64,000 nucleotides of DNA from the NCBI RefSeq assembly GCF_006345805.1, contig NC_043005.1:38130001-38194000 (forward strand). The letters are read 5' to 3'. Below, in pieces: positions 25,261 through 38,626 of this stretch. Position 1 is the stretch's first letter, and each line of letters begins with the position of its first letter. The notes below the pieces were generated by a model, which worked only from the letters and a program-made list of their open reading frames with translations, was not told where the DNA came from and made no database searches. The translations under genes and the position numbers were made by a program. This stretch comes from Octopus sinensis (lineage: Eukaryota).

Positions 25261-27399
25261 ATGCTTAGATACAACAATAATCAGACAGGCTTGTATAGTG
25301 TACCGTGCACTTTAATCTTGAGAGAAAAAAATAAAAGTAAAACATAAAAGGAAAAAGGAGATGTGTGTGTGTGTGGGGGGGGGGGGTAAGTGTGCATGTG
25401 TGTGTATGTAAGAATGTGTGTATCATGGCTAGATTGGCACGTTTTTATACAGAAATTATTGCATCTCTAGTGACTTTAAAATGTTCACCTTTCCACAAGT
25501 GGTTACGTCTTCTTTAAGAATACAACAACATTAAATGTTATCATGCTAATATAATATTATAATTCTTATTTTCATGTATGGATAATCATAAATACAATTA
25601 TATCTTTCACTTTCGTACATGAATAATCATAACATTTATATAATCATTGGTAGGTTGCTTTTATTTATTTTATTTATTTTTTTATGCTTTTATTTATTTA
25701 TTTTGGGATGTGGAGGCAGGTAATCCATATTTGTTGGTGTAATCTTCATTCTTCTGTTTTTTGTAGAGGTAAAATTTAGTCATAGTCTGTTGAAACTTTT
25801 AGAGATTTTGCTATAGTATTTTCAGGTAATGTTTAATGTGTCTTTGTAGGTATCAGTATATTCTTCATGGAGCAATGTACAGAGTGTTGCTGCCTCTTGT
25901 TTACAATTCATGTTAGGAAAGCACTCACATTGGAGTAGAGCTAATTATAATTAATGTTTGTTTTTATGTCAAATTTCTGTATTTTAACTTCAAAGTAAAA
26001 GTTTACTCATCGTTCTTTACTTGAGAACATATTCGTTTTTTTTTTGTTTTGTTTTTGTATTTTTGCAGTAGCGTTTATATTTACACTAGTCATATTTAAC
26101 TGGTGTGTTTATGTCAAGTCTCTTTATACCCTCTGACTAAGTGACTCAACAAATAAGAGATAACTGAAATAAGTAATGGAGAGAGTAAGTTCAACTAAAC
26201 CAGTAAAAGTATTGCCCCAGCATGGACACAATGCAATATCAGAAACCAATAAAAGCTTTAAAGAAAATTAAAGAATACAAAACGTGGTCCATCCTTATGG
26301 TAGTTTTAGACATAAATCATCCTTCTCTATTTTTATTTTTTGAATAAACTTGGAACTTATTTTGTAAATTACATTAGAATGAAAGACAAATCCAACCTAG
26401 ATGGTGTTTAAGTTATTTAACTGTAGGTTTCTACTATGTGACTAGCTACTAAAAGTTTCAGCTTTATCTGTAGCTCATGTGCTTCTGTTAGCAGCAGCTG
26501 TACGCAGATAAAATTTAGTGTTCGGATTTTAAAGTCTGCATTATTGATCAAGTTTCAGAAGCTTGCTATAATAAATTTAATTAAAAATATAGCTAAACCC
26601 ACTTATTTAACCCATAACACAGAATAATAGTGATTTTTATCGTGAAAACATTTTCACTTTATTGTCTTTTGAATTTCCTCAAGATATTAACGAACATCTA
26701 CTTTTTAAAATATTTCAAGCACAACTTCAAATAACAAGTTGATTCCGAAAATGGTTTCCGCATTGACGAATTATTTTGGCATCTTATGCTTTCTATTACT
26801 TTCCATAATTGACTTGTTTCAACAAACATTAAATTGACTGGCAGTCATGTTTTATTGGGGATGTTATAATTTCTCTAAGCTTTTAACCTATGACATTTCA
26901 CAGAATGTGGCAATCAGGTGTGGGGCAAGAATTTAATGAAAATATCATACTCATAGAAGCAAAATGTTTTATACTCTTGAGTAAGTCTAAACTGAGTACT
27001 TACCAATTTCTTTTTTTTTTAGTGAAACAAAAAGTGTTTTTAACTAATCAGATTAGTTACTTAATTAATTTGCTTGTTTGTCATTATGATTTTTAAATCA
27101 AGTATTTCTATTTCTAACAAACTTGAAAAATTTAAACAAGATAGAATCTTTTTCTTTATATCTTATGCATTCTAATCATTGAACCGTGACCATGCTGGGG
27201 CATCACTTACAAGGCTTTTTTTTAGTAAAACAAATTCATCCCAGTACTTGTTTTTAAGTTTGGTACATATTCTATCAGTCACTTTTGCCAAACCACTAAG
27301 TTATGGGAATGAAAACAAACTAACACTAATTGTGAAGAGTGTTAGGGGTAAAACACACATACACAAACACACACACACATAAGATGAAATCCTTTCAGT

Positions 27400-30300
27400 C
27401 CGTCAATCAAATCCACTCTCAAGGATTTGGTCAACCTAGAGCTATAGTTAGAACTTACCCAAAGTGCCATACTGTGGGATTGAACCTGAGACCACATGGT
27501 CAGGAAGCAATCTTTCCAATGATACCATCACATTTATGTTTTTTTCTGTGAATAAAAATTAATCACTGAAATATTAAGTTTGAGGTTCTTGTTTGACATT
27601 TGTTTGCTTAATTTGATTTGTCTATAATACAGACTGGAATTGAAGATTTTGGAAAAGTTCTTATGCTCATTTTCTATCACCATTTCCTTTTTTTCAAATG
27701 CTGCTAGAGCATTATGATCACCAATTTTTGTTTTGGAATATTGTCATATAAATCAACCAGTTTAAACTTTTTATACATCTTTGAACATTCTTACATTATT
27801 TTCCATAAAACCGCTCATTATCTTTTATCAATTCATGTTATAACTTCATAATTTTATACATTACAAACTGTTTCTTTCTACACCTGACTACCAGTAATAA
27901 GAGTTGGTGCCTATTTGCCCTGAAACATGCTCTGCAATTTGCTAAACTCCAAATAAAAACAAACGGCTAAAACATACCCTATACATTGCATAATGGTCAT
28001 TTGTAATAACACATCAGTGCTGAGTACGTTTAAGAATTTCTCTTGCAACCAAGTGGTTTTAGGGTTTAGCCCTGCTGCTTGGCACCTTAAGGAAGTATTT
28101 TCTGCTGCAGCCCCAAGCTATGGAAGCCTTATGAGTAAATTTGATAGATGGAAACTGTGTGGAAGCTCATTTTATATATATGTATATCCTTGTCTTGACT
28201 TTATCCGATGAATGTAAATGAGTGTCATCATCATACAAGAAAAGTCGCGCATTTCCAATCTTTCATGAAAAATATGAATGGCCATGAGAAATAGTAACTT
28301 GCCTGGAAATAGGTGCAAGTTGGTGACAGAAAGGACATCCAGCTATAGAAAATGAGCCTAACAAACTCTGATTGACCTATCAATCATAAAAAAGTGGATA
28401 TTAAATATGATGACCATGATGAGCCACAACAAAATCGTTCCATATTAAATTTAGTTTGACTGGGGAAACTGCGTATACACAATGATCATTCAAGAATGTC
28501 TTATAATAATTAAGTAGTAACTACAAGGGACTTCACAGGATTGATAAACTCTATGAGGAAAATCATATTCAGTGGAAGAGAATCATATATGAAAACATTC
28601 AGAAAAGGAACAGTGATGTACACAAACAAAATTATTTTTGATAATAAATATGAGCTGGGGCTAGAGAGGTCACACGACTCAGAGTACAAGTTAAAACATC
28701 TTCAAGTTTATTACAAAAACACTGCCTCTTTACTTTTTCTTTCCTCATACGAATACATTAGTTGAAACTAAACATTATAACATATTTACAAAGGCTTTAT
28801 ATTTTTCTTAAACTCCTATACCTTGTTTCGAAGAAACACAAACGATGCCAGTGATTGAATGCACTATTCGTTCACAGAATAATAATTTACTCCTTAATTA
28901 ACTACAAAAATTCATCAATTCACTATCGATATTTCTTAAAATGCTATAATTTTCCCATCCAGATGTAGTAACCCTATGAAAAAACATTATTCAAAGCCAT
29001 CAGTAACAAGTATTACACATTGTATGAAGGTACATTGATTACACAGCAAAACTCAATTATGAATCTACAATGTTATCTCTTTGGTGATTTATATATTAAA
29101 GTGACTTCTTGATTTCATCCCAATACTCACTCATGATTCAAAATAAGTTACATCATGTTAACAAAATCTTTTATACACATCTGACATTTTAGCTTTCTTC
29201 TTTAGCTAAGGATATTGACTGAGTTTTTCTTAATTTTGATTAAAATCAAGTAATGTAATTGCTTTTAGGTTCATGGATAGCACTTACATCTGTGCAGTGG
29301 AAAAATTGAACATAATGGTGTGCTTAATAGAAATTTTAAGGTTAAAAGTTACCGTTTTAAAAGAATATATTGTCAGAAAAACTACAATCAGGCAAATTTT
29401 AAACAAAAACTTTTGTATACATTATGTGATAAATGTTTGCAAAGAAACCTTTGAACAATTCCAAGAGAAGCCAAACAACATAAGATGTTGTCAATGACAG
29501 AAAAGTGAAAAGATACTGTATTACTCTACATAGTCTATTTAATGATTCTATAATATTTCAGGTAAAGATTTCCCTTTTACAAATAGAATGAAAATAGTAA
29601 AAAATTTTGGAGAAATGTATTGTCGTCTTCATCTTATTTTTGTTATTGTTTAGCCCAAGGTCAGCTCTATTAAAATAGACCTGTGATCAAAGATGCTCCA
29701 GCATGATTATCACATAGCATATCTAAGACTATCTAATGAGCTGTTCGTTTTTGTTTAAGATTTTGGATTGTGGTGTGAGGGAGACTCAACTGTTCTTTCT
29801 GGCGGGTTCAGCAGTTATATAGAGGTTCCATAATTTGTTCATATTGGTCTTGCTATTGTTGGTGCTGATGGTATGAATGGTATGGCAGTGGCGGTGGTGG
29901 CAGCGGTGGCGGTGGCGGTGGTGGTAGTGGTGGTGGTGGTGGTGGAAGACAGCCTACATTGCATTAGGATATTATCTAAAACCAAATCATTGATATGAAA
30001 TCAATATAACATTCATAATATTGTCCAATAAATGTCTCTCAATAGAGTGAGGAATATAGTTCTAGAGACCTCTATAGAATCTACCCTTACACATGGTTGT
30101 ATGACCTGGGACATCAACAAACAAATCGGAAATCCTATCAGTGCTGCAGAGATTAATTTCTTATAAGAATACTGAAGGTAGCCTATGTAGATAGTGTGAT
30201 AGACATTGATGCCCTTAGATGGACAACGACCACCAGAAAGCTTCTCAGCAACATAGAGAGACAACAGGCTCAGTTCATTAGTCATCATAAGAGGAAAAAA

Positions 30301-31105
30301 ACCTTGAATGTTTAGTCACTTCTTAACTACAAAGAAGAAGCCAGGGAAGAGAAAGAAAAGATAATCGTGATACAAGTTGGTTACAGAATGGTTGACCCAC
30401 AAAGTTGTTAATGTGAGAGGAGGGGAATCTAGATCTATGATCACCAGCATCTGTAAATATGAATTGGTAAAGATTAATATATAGTAATCCTTAACCATAT
30501 CGTGGTTCACCTATCATGGTTTATTATTTAAGCTTATATCAACTACTCCATAGTGTTGTTTTGCATTTATAATAAAGTAAATATATATACAAATTATAAA
30601 AATAATTTTAAAAATATGCAGTACAGTACTGTTTCTACTTCATGGATTTTCACCTATCACAGAGGGTTTTGGAACATAACACCCACAATAGTTGAGGAAT
30701 TACTGTATATGTTTTCTGGAAAATAATGTAAAATATTCAAGGATGTAACAGATAAAAATGGTTAATTTATATGACAATATTCCAAAACAAAAATTGGGGA
30801 TCATAATGCTCTAAGAGCATTTGATAAAAGGAAACAGTGATAGAAGTAGAGTATGAGAAATTTATTCCAAAATCTGCAATTCCAGTCTGTATTATGAATG
30901 TTAGACAATTCCAGGTTAAACAAAATAATGGAGAACAAGAACCTCAAACTGAATATTTCAATATTTAATTTTCATTCACAGAAAAAAGTACAGATGTGGC
31001 TAAGTGATTGAGAAGCCTGTTTTGTAAGCATGTGGTCTCAGTTTCAGTCCCACTTTGGGCCAGTTCTACTATAGCTCTAGGCCAACCAAATTCTTTTGAG
31101 TGGCT
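27400..31105. repeat. Old inverted duplication, arms ~27400-27840 and ~30455-31105
   Basis: ATAATACAGACTGGAATTG (~27624) vs CAATTCCAGTCTGTATTAT (~30878); AATTTTTGTTTTGGAATATTGTCATATAAAT (~27723) vs ATTTATATGACAATATTCCAAAACAAAAATT (~30765). Both arms include a SINE head. Confidence 0.85.
30482..30705. mobile_element. pogo/Tigger-type MITE
   Basis: TA-flanked; left end (C/T)AGTAATCCTTAACCATATCGTGG vs right end CCACAATAGTTGAGGAATTACTG; internal CAGTACAGTACTG. Confidence 0.65.
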
Positions 31106-31234
31106 TTTGAAAGAAGGGATAACATTGATGAATATACTGTTAGTACAACAAATGAACTATAGAAAAACAAAATATTTTAAGACTATATACAAATACAAAG
31201 ATTATATATATATATATACTGTTTTTATTTGCAG

Positions 31235-31411
31235 GTCAGTGCCAGGTACCTTCAATTCTCAATGGAAGTGTGACGCATGGTCGTGAAGGTGCATGGGTAG
31301 ACCATGAAACATTTATCAACTTTCGCTGCAGGGAAGGCCTCGTACTTAATGACACCTCACATGTCAAGTGTGACAATGGAACATGGAGTTTAACCCCTAG
31401 ATGTATTCCTG
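31235..31411 (+). CDS. Internal coding exon encoding one Sushi/CCP (SCR) domain of a multi-Sushi extracellular protein
   Basis: Acceptor TTTTTATTTGCAG, donor G|GTAAGT; 177 bp, phase 1-1. Translation QCQVPSILNGSVTHGREGAWVDHETFINFRCREGLVLNDTSHVKCDNGTWSLTPRCIP has the 4 Cys, P..NG, F.C..G and C.NG.WS..P.C pattern of CCP modules. Confidence 0.93.
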
Positions 31412-31860
31412 GTAAGTAATTCCACTAATCTTCTACTACATTTTCTTCTTTGGTCACTCAAACAACCAGAAGACTATCTTTGGTTTCAGAAATTTTTTTA
31501 TTTTTATATTTTAAATCTGATATAGGATTGGATCAGTTCAGATATTTTCTCTGACTCATTGTATTCTCATGTAATATTCCTGCTTCAATTATAGGGGCAT
31601 ATACGTCTCCAGTTGTCTTATTCAATTTGCTTCTCTAATAATGTTACAAAATGCACAATCATGCATGCACAGTCAAACATACATATCATGCATATGCTAT
31701 TTATCATCGAGTCTTTATTCATATTAATATTTCAATATGTAATTATATTGTTTTTCTTTTATCTATTTACATTTTTACATTATTATATTTCATCAACAAG
31801 TCATAATTAATTTTGTCATGTTTTAATTTTATATTAGCCATATATATATATATGTATTTA

Positions 31861-31927
<67 letters not shown>

Positions 31928-31960
31928 ATGTGTATATATATGTATATATGTGTATATATG

Positions 31961-31995
<35 letters not shown>

Positions 31996-32583
31996 GTATA
32001 TATATATATGCATATATATATATGCATATATATATATATATATGCATGCACATGTGTACATACATGTATATCTAATGTATAAATATATATATATGTATAT
32101 ATATATATAGATGTTGTGTGTCTACAATAAGACAAATACATTCATGCATACGTGACATTTCCATCTTCACCTCCATATTCATGCATATATTTTAACATTT
32201 TCAATGCTCTTTCTATTCGTTTCAACCTTATATGAGCATTCAATATGCAGTCATTCATTTACATGTTTGTTTCAATTAATATTTTAAACCATTTGTGAAC
32301 ATCTCTAATATTGCCTATTCATACTTTAAACATATACAACCAGCCTTGGATTTCCTGCTTTTATTTATTTATGTTTTTGACCACACATACTATATATTGT
32401 TATACATACACATCTTTGATTTATTTACACATGTGTACAAATTCATACATATAAAAATAAATGTATGTATGTATATATATTTTTATAAATGTAAACATAA
32501 ATATGTCTTTAGAGAGAGAAAAAGTGTGTGTGTGTGTGTGTGATAATGTGAGTGAGAGAGAGAGAGTGTGTGTGCATGTGATA

Positions 32584-32614
<31 letters not shown>

Positions 32615-32727
32615 CAAGAGAGAATCAATCAGATATTTATATCATTTTATGTATGTATTTAGAAGAAACAGTATCACCTTAGTGTAACATCTTATGACTA
32701 ACCTCTTTTTCATAATTATACCTGTAG

Positions 32728-32813
32728 CAAATAAAAAATTAAGAACGACCATTATACCAACTATACGAAACAATTCAAATAAGAAAGTGACAATAAGTAG
32801 AGACAGCGATTAA
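32728..32813 (+). CDS. Candidate short terminal exon in phase with the Sushi exon
   Basis: Branch-point TGACTAAC 32695-32702, pyrimidine tract, TAG acceptor at 32725-32727; spliced frame gives ANKKLRTTIIPTIRNNSNKKVTISRDSD*; AATAAA at ~33026 and ~33043. Confidence 0.3.
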
Positions 32814-33852
32814 AGAATGAAAAGTACACTTATATAACTGGGTAATTCCCATCATCAGCTACCAATCAGTTATGCTCATGGTTTTGACAACTTAAGGCAG
32901 AATAATTTTCTCTAATGCTGTCAAACAACATTAAAAAATATAGTGCAGTTTTGTTGAAAAAGGGAAAGCATACTTTTATCTAGATTTTAAAACACAAACA
33001 CAAAAACTGAAAACATGACATGTAGAATAAAAATTACGACCAATAAATTATAATACTTGCACTGAAATTATGAGAAACATACTTTGACTAAAACAACAAA
33101 ACACTAGTGAAGTAAAAGTAAAACAGGAAGGTAAATAATAATTTATTATGAATATATTTATCATAAAATTCATATAGACTATGATTCTAAGTTTTACCTG
33201 ACAACTTTTACAACTAGCCGTAGCTTATTTGCAGAAGACATAACTTTTATGATAAATTTGACTCTGCTCACTCTTAAATTTGAGTACTATTCCATTTGTG
33301 ACTTGTTCTGCAACTAGCTTTAAAATAATAACCGCCATGTAAAATTTATACATAAATATGCATGTATTTATATTGTTATATTAGTACATATGCACATTTA
33401 TAAGTACATGTATGTATGTATTCATAAATGCATGTAAGCATGCACACACATATACATACTTATATATGTGTGTGTATATGTATATATATATATATATGTG
33501 TGTATGTATATGTATATATATGTACATCTATCTATCTATCTATATATATATATATATGCATGTGTGTGTGTGTATATATATATATAGAGAGAGAGAGAGA
33601 TCTTGTACACACAATAGAATCAAAGATACTTAAAGATATCAAAATATTAGACAGTCTTTAGCTGTGACTAAGAACTATGTTAGAATGCAAATAATTCTTC
33701 TATACTTTTAATGTGTAGCAAAAAAGTGGAGGTTCTACTTACAGACCATTTCCTGAGTTCTTTATTACTCATTAGAGAAGGCACATCCAATCTTCTTCCC
33801 AGAAGTGGTCACAGTGTTCAGCTGTTATATATATATATATATATATATATCA

Positions 33853-36800
33853 ATAAGCTAAAAATATCAACCTTGGTTCTTGGAATGTGTGCACTCTCCG
33901 AGACAGTCACTCATCTCCAGAGTGAAAAACAGCACCGGTTGCCCTTGAACTACAGTTAGAAGAACGTAAAGGGGGATACATATCTTTCTGGTGTGGAAGA
34001 AATGAAGATATGCCATGCCACCTAGGTGTTGGTTTTGCCATTAAAACAGAAATAGCTAGATCCCTTTCTTTCTCTACCCTAAAGTATTTCTGACATGTTG
34101 GAACTTGATCGCAATATTCATGCTATAATTGTCAGATGGTATGCCCCAACCATGGCCAGCACTGAGCAGGAAAAGGTTGAATTTTATCATAGGTATAACT
34201 TATCCTTATTGGCAACTTTAACACTCATGTTGGTACTGACTACCAGGCATGGGAGGGTGTTATTAGTTGCCACGTTGTAGGTTGAATGAACTCCAGGGAA
34301 TTCAGTCTAAGCATCACAAATATCTTTTTTCAATAGCGGAATTGTTGCAAGATGCCCTGAGTGCATTCTAGATCTAAGGATTGGCATCTTATAAACTACA
34401 ATATCACTCAGAAATGAGATATTAGGAACTTTAGCATTACACATTCCTTTCATAACACCTGCTGTCTCTCTGACCATTTTCTTCTCTCTAGTAAGGCTAT
34501 GTTCCATTTGAAATACACAAGACTACAAAAGTCATCAGTGCCTAAGTGCATTAATGTTCTGCGTTTGAAAACTTTTGGAAGCAGACTGAGCTTTCTATCA
34601 AGTTGGACACTGCACTCGGCTCTGCATGATGCAATGCACTGTGCATCTGTAAAGGTTCTTGAACTTCCTATTCATAAACATCAAGATTGCTTCAACAATA
34701 ACAACACAGATGTCCAAAAGTTGATAGATAAAATGCACAGCTCTCACAAAAGATGGATAAATAAAAAGATAAATAAAAAGAATTCATCCAGAAAAGAGAA
34801 TGCCTACAAGAAATGCTGAGGCCAGGACCAACATGCTCTGAGACAGATGAAGGATGCTTGGTGATCTTTGAAGGCTACTGAACTCCAAGAAGCTGCAGAC
34901 AGAAAGGATTCTAAAGCCTTTTATGATGGCCTCAAGGAAGTGTATGGTCCTCAAGAGGACCAAGAGCATGGTGTTACTCCTATTTTTTCATCGAATAGAG
35001 AGAGACTGCTGACTGACAAATCTAACATCTTGAAACGATGGAAAGATCACTTTGAAGCCATGTTGAACTTCGCCTCAGTCACTAATGATGATATCATATC
35101 TGTTCTACAGTACACTGAAATACCGGAACTGTCTCTGGAGCCAGCCTTCCTGGGAGTGGTAAACACTGTTAAACAGATCTCCTCTGGCAAAGCATCTAGC
35201 AGGGATCCTATCCCTCTTGAAATCTACAAACATGGTGGACAGAACCTTTTTAAGAAACTGCATTACCTCTTCATAAACATTTGGAAGGTAGGCTGTGTAC
35301 CAGAGGACTTCAAGGAAATAGAAGTGTCTGTGATAATCATCATGGAATATCGTTTCTGTCTATCGCTGGTGAGATTCTTGATTGACTCATACTTGCCAAG
35401 ATCATCAAACATATTATAAATGATATCTATCCAAAATCACATTCTGGTTGTGGCAGTATTGACATGATCTTTTCCCTCCAACAGGTCATGGAGAGGGTAT
35501 GTGAGAAAAATCAAGAGTTGTTTTTGATATTCGTTGACCTTACTAAGGCCTTTGACATTGTTAACCAGCAAGCACTATGGAAAGTCCTGAAAAAGCTTGG
35601 TATACCTGACAAAATGGTGAATGTTATCATCTCCTTTCATGAGAGAGTGAAGGTTGCTGTCATGTCTGGTGTGGAATCTTTGGCTTCCTTCGACGTTACA
35701 AACAACACAAGCAAGGTTGTGTTATGGCCCCTATTTTGTTTGCACTCTTCTTTCCAGTGATGCTGAGGTATGCTTTTGGTGACATACAAAGTGGTGTCAA
35801 ATTCCAGTTTTGAACAAGTGGTGGGCTATTCAATCATCAGCGTTTCAAAGCCAGAACTGCTACGCACTAGTATCATTCATGATCTATTTTTTGCAGATGA
35901 CCTCATAGTAGTGACTTACTTAGAGGAAGCTGAAGAACTACTAGACCGGTTTTGTGCTGCATGTAGAGCTTTTGATTTGACCATCAGCATAAAGAAGATG
36001 GAAATAATCCACCAACCTTGTCCTACACCTAAACAAATTCAAGGTGTCAAGCAAAGGCCACCGGTTCATAGTTTTCCTGACACTCCTATAAAGGTTGACA
36101 GGAAAAGCCTAAATTATGTGAAGTCATTTACATGTAGTAAAGTGAATTTGAGCCCTTCCCTTCATGATGAAATCGTCAACCATCTTGCAAGGGAAACCAA
36201 CACATTTGGCAAACTCTATCATCACCTATGGAGTGAAAGGGGCATCAAACTTGACACCAAAGTACAGGTCTATAAAGCAGCTATTCTCACTACTCTCTTG
36301 AACAGCTCAGAATTGAGGATACCCTATAGACGACACATTAACCAACTAGACACATTCCACAAAGACTGCCTGAGGAGAATCTGGTTATTCACTAAAAGAC
36401 AAAGTTTCTAATGCCGACTTGTTTAGCCAGTGTGAGATTGGTGGGATTGAGAGCTTCCTTATACAATCACGATTGTGCTGGGCTGGCCATGTTGTCAGTA
36501 TTAGTTGACGAAAGAATACCCAAAGTCCACATGTATAGCCAGCTTGAAAGTGGGCACAGGAATGCTGATCGATCATGATTCAGATATCAGTACAAGCTGA
36601 AGAGTAACCTCTTAGATATGAAGATAGCTCACAACACTTTTGAGCAAACAGCCTTGGAACAAACAAAATGGAGATTGTTGTGTCAAAATAGTATTGGAAA
36701 CTTTGTTGCAACTAGCATTAACAGGTTTTGGTGTGAAAGGCAAAGAAGAAAAGTAGCTGCAAATATACAACCTGCCCTGACGTGTAATCCTCATACTCGC

Positions 36801-36930
36801 AACATCTGTGGCCCTCTTTGCAAATAATTGGCAGGACCTAAATGTCACATTCGACATAAGCATTATGACTGACAAAGAAAGAGTTTGGTGTTAGAGCCTC
36901 AAACATCAAAACCAATAGGAGAGTCCATCA
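33853..36930 (+). mobile_element. Near full-length but decayed RTE-clade LINE (APE endonuclease, RT, C-terminal Cys/His motif)
   Basis: WNV.TL and GVGFAIKT (APE); ILKRWKDHFE, GKASSRDPIPLEIYKHGG; IFSLQQVMERVCEKNQELFLIFVDLTKAFD; KQGCVMAPILF; DLFFADD; TKVQVYKAAILTTLL; C..H...C...C near 36780-36860. Multiple stops and frameshifts. Confidence 0.93.
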
Positions 36931-37879
36931 TTTTATTAAATTTTTAATAATTTTGATATTAAAAAAAAAAATTAATTAATTAATTAATAAATAAAATAAT
37001 AATATATAAATATAAAATATACATACATACATATATATATATATTTGTATATATATATAAAATTTATAAGTTTAAATTATTTAAATAATTTTTTATTTTT
37101 AACTTTTATATTTTAAATTAATTTTATGTATTGGCTTATGTTTTTCACTGTTTGATTTGCCTAATAGTGGTTTTATCTCTAATTTAATATAATATAATAT
37201 AATATATTTATACTATAAAATTGGATTTAATCCTAAATCTAATTTTTCCCTGTAAGTTTGGATTTATTCCCTAATATTATTATTATATATATATATATAT
37301 ATGATATATATATATATATATATGCACACACCATATAACCACAATACATTTATATTTCTCGTGGCTATGTGTTGTCTTAACTCTTATTTCTAACAATACT
37401 GGTGCTGGCTAGTGCCCTCAGTCATTTTAGGGATTTATATATTTCTGCCTTTTGGTTGTAAAATTGCAAATAAACCACCCTCGTTATTTATATATATCTA
37501 TAAATCTATCTATTTATCTATCTATCTATATATATATATATATATTTATATACACAAAATTGTTGTATGTTTATATATATATATGTGTGTATAAGTATGT
37601 GTATGTACACACATGTATGTGTCTGTACCTGTCCTCCATCACCACTTGGAAACCAATGCTGGTGTGTTTACATTACATCCCATAATTTAGTGGTTCAGCA
37701 ACAGAGATCGATAGAAATAAGTACAAGGCTTTAAAAAACGAAGTCTTGGAGTCGATTCTTTCAGCTAAATTTCTTCAAAGCAGTATTCTAGCATGCCCAC
37801 AGTCTAACGATTGGAAAGAGTAAAAGATTTATAAATGCATAAGTTATATGTATGTATATATATATATAGATATAAATAT

Positions 37880-37990
<111 letters not shown>

Positions 37991-38344
37991 GTATGTATAT
38001 GTATATATCTATATTTATATATATATATATAATATATATATATGTATATGTATATATCTATTTATATATATATATATATGAGTGTATTTATATGCATACA
38101 TCTACATACAGTCACACATGTATACATGAAAACACATTGCATAATGATTATAATACATGTAAGCATGTTAAAAGCATATATAATGTGTACACATACACAT
38201 ATTTACGTACATATTGTATATGTATTATATGTATATATATATATAATATATATATATATGTGTGTGTATATATATATATATATGTGTATATATATATATA
38301 TGTATGTATATATATATATATATATATATAGACACATATATATG

Positions 38345-38375
<31 letters not shown>

Positions 38376-38396
38376 GTATATATATGTGTATATATA

Positions 38397-38442
<46 letters not shown>

Positions 38443-38504
38443 TATATATGTATTATATATATATGTATATATATATATATATTATATATATGTATATATA
38501 TATA

Positions 38505-38545
<41 letters not shown>

Positions 38546-38556
38546 TATATATACAC

Positions 38557-38587
<31 letters not shown>

Positions 38588-38589
38588 TC

Positions 38590-38626
<37 letters not shown>

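Noticed and set aside
30015-30455. Possible CR1/Jockey-type RT remnant on minus
   Set aside because: Too degenerate to assign by eye.
31600-33560. Several TGCATG (Rbfox-type) motifs downstream of the exon
   Set aside because: TGCATG is common throughout the window's TA/CA/TG repeats; no visible enrichment.
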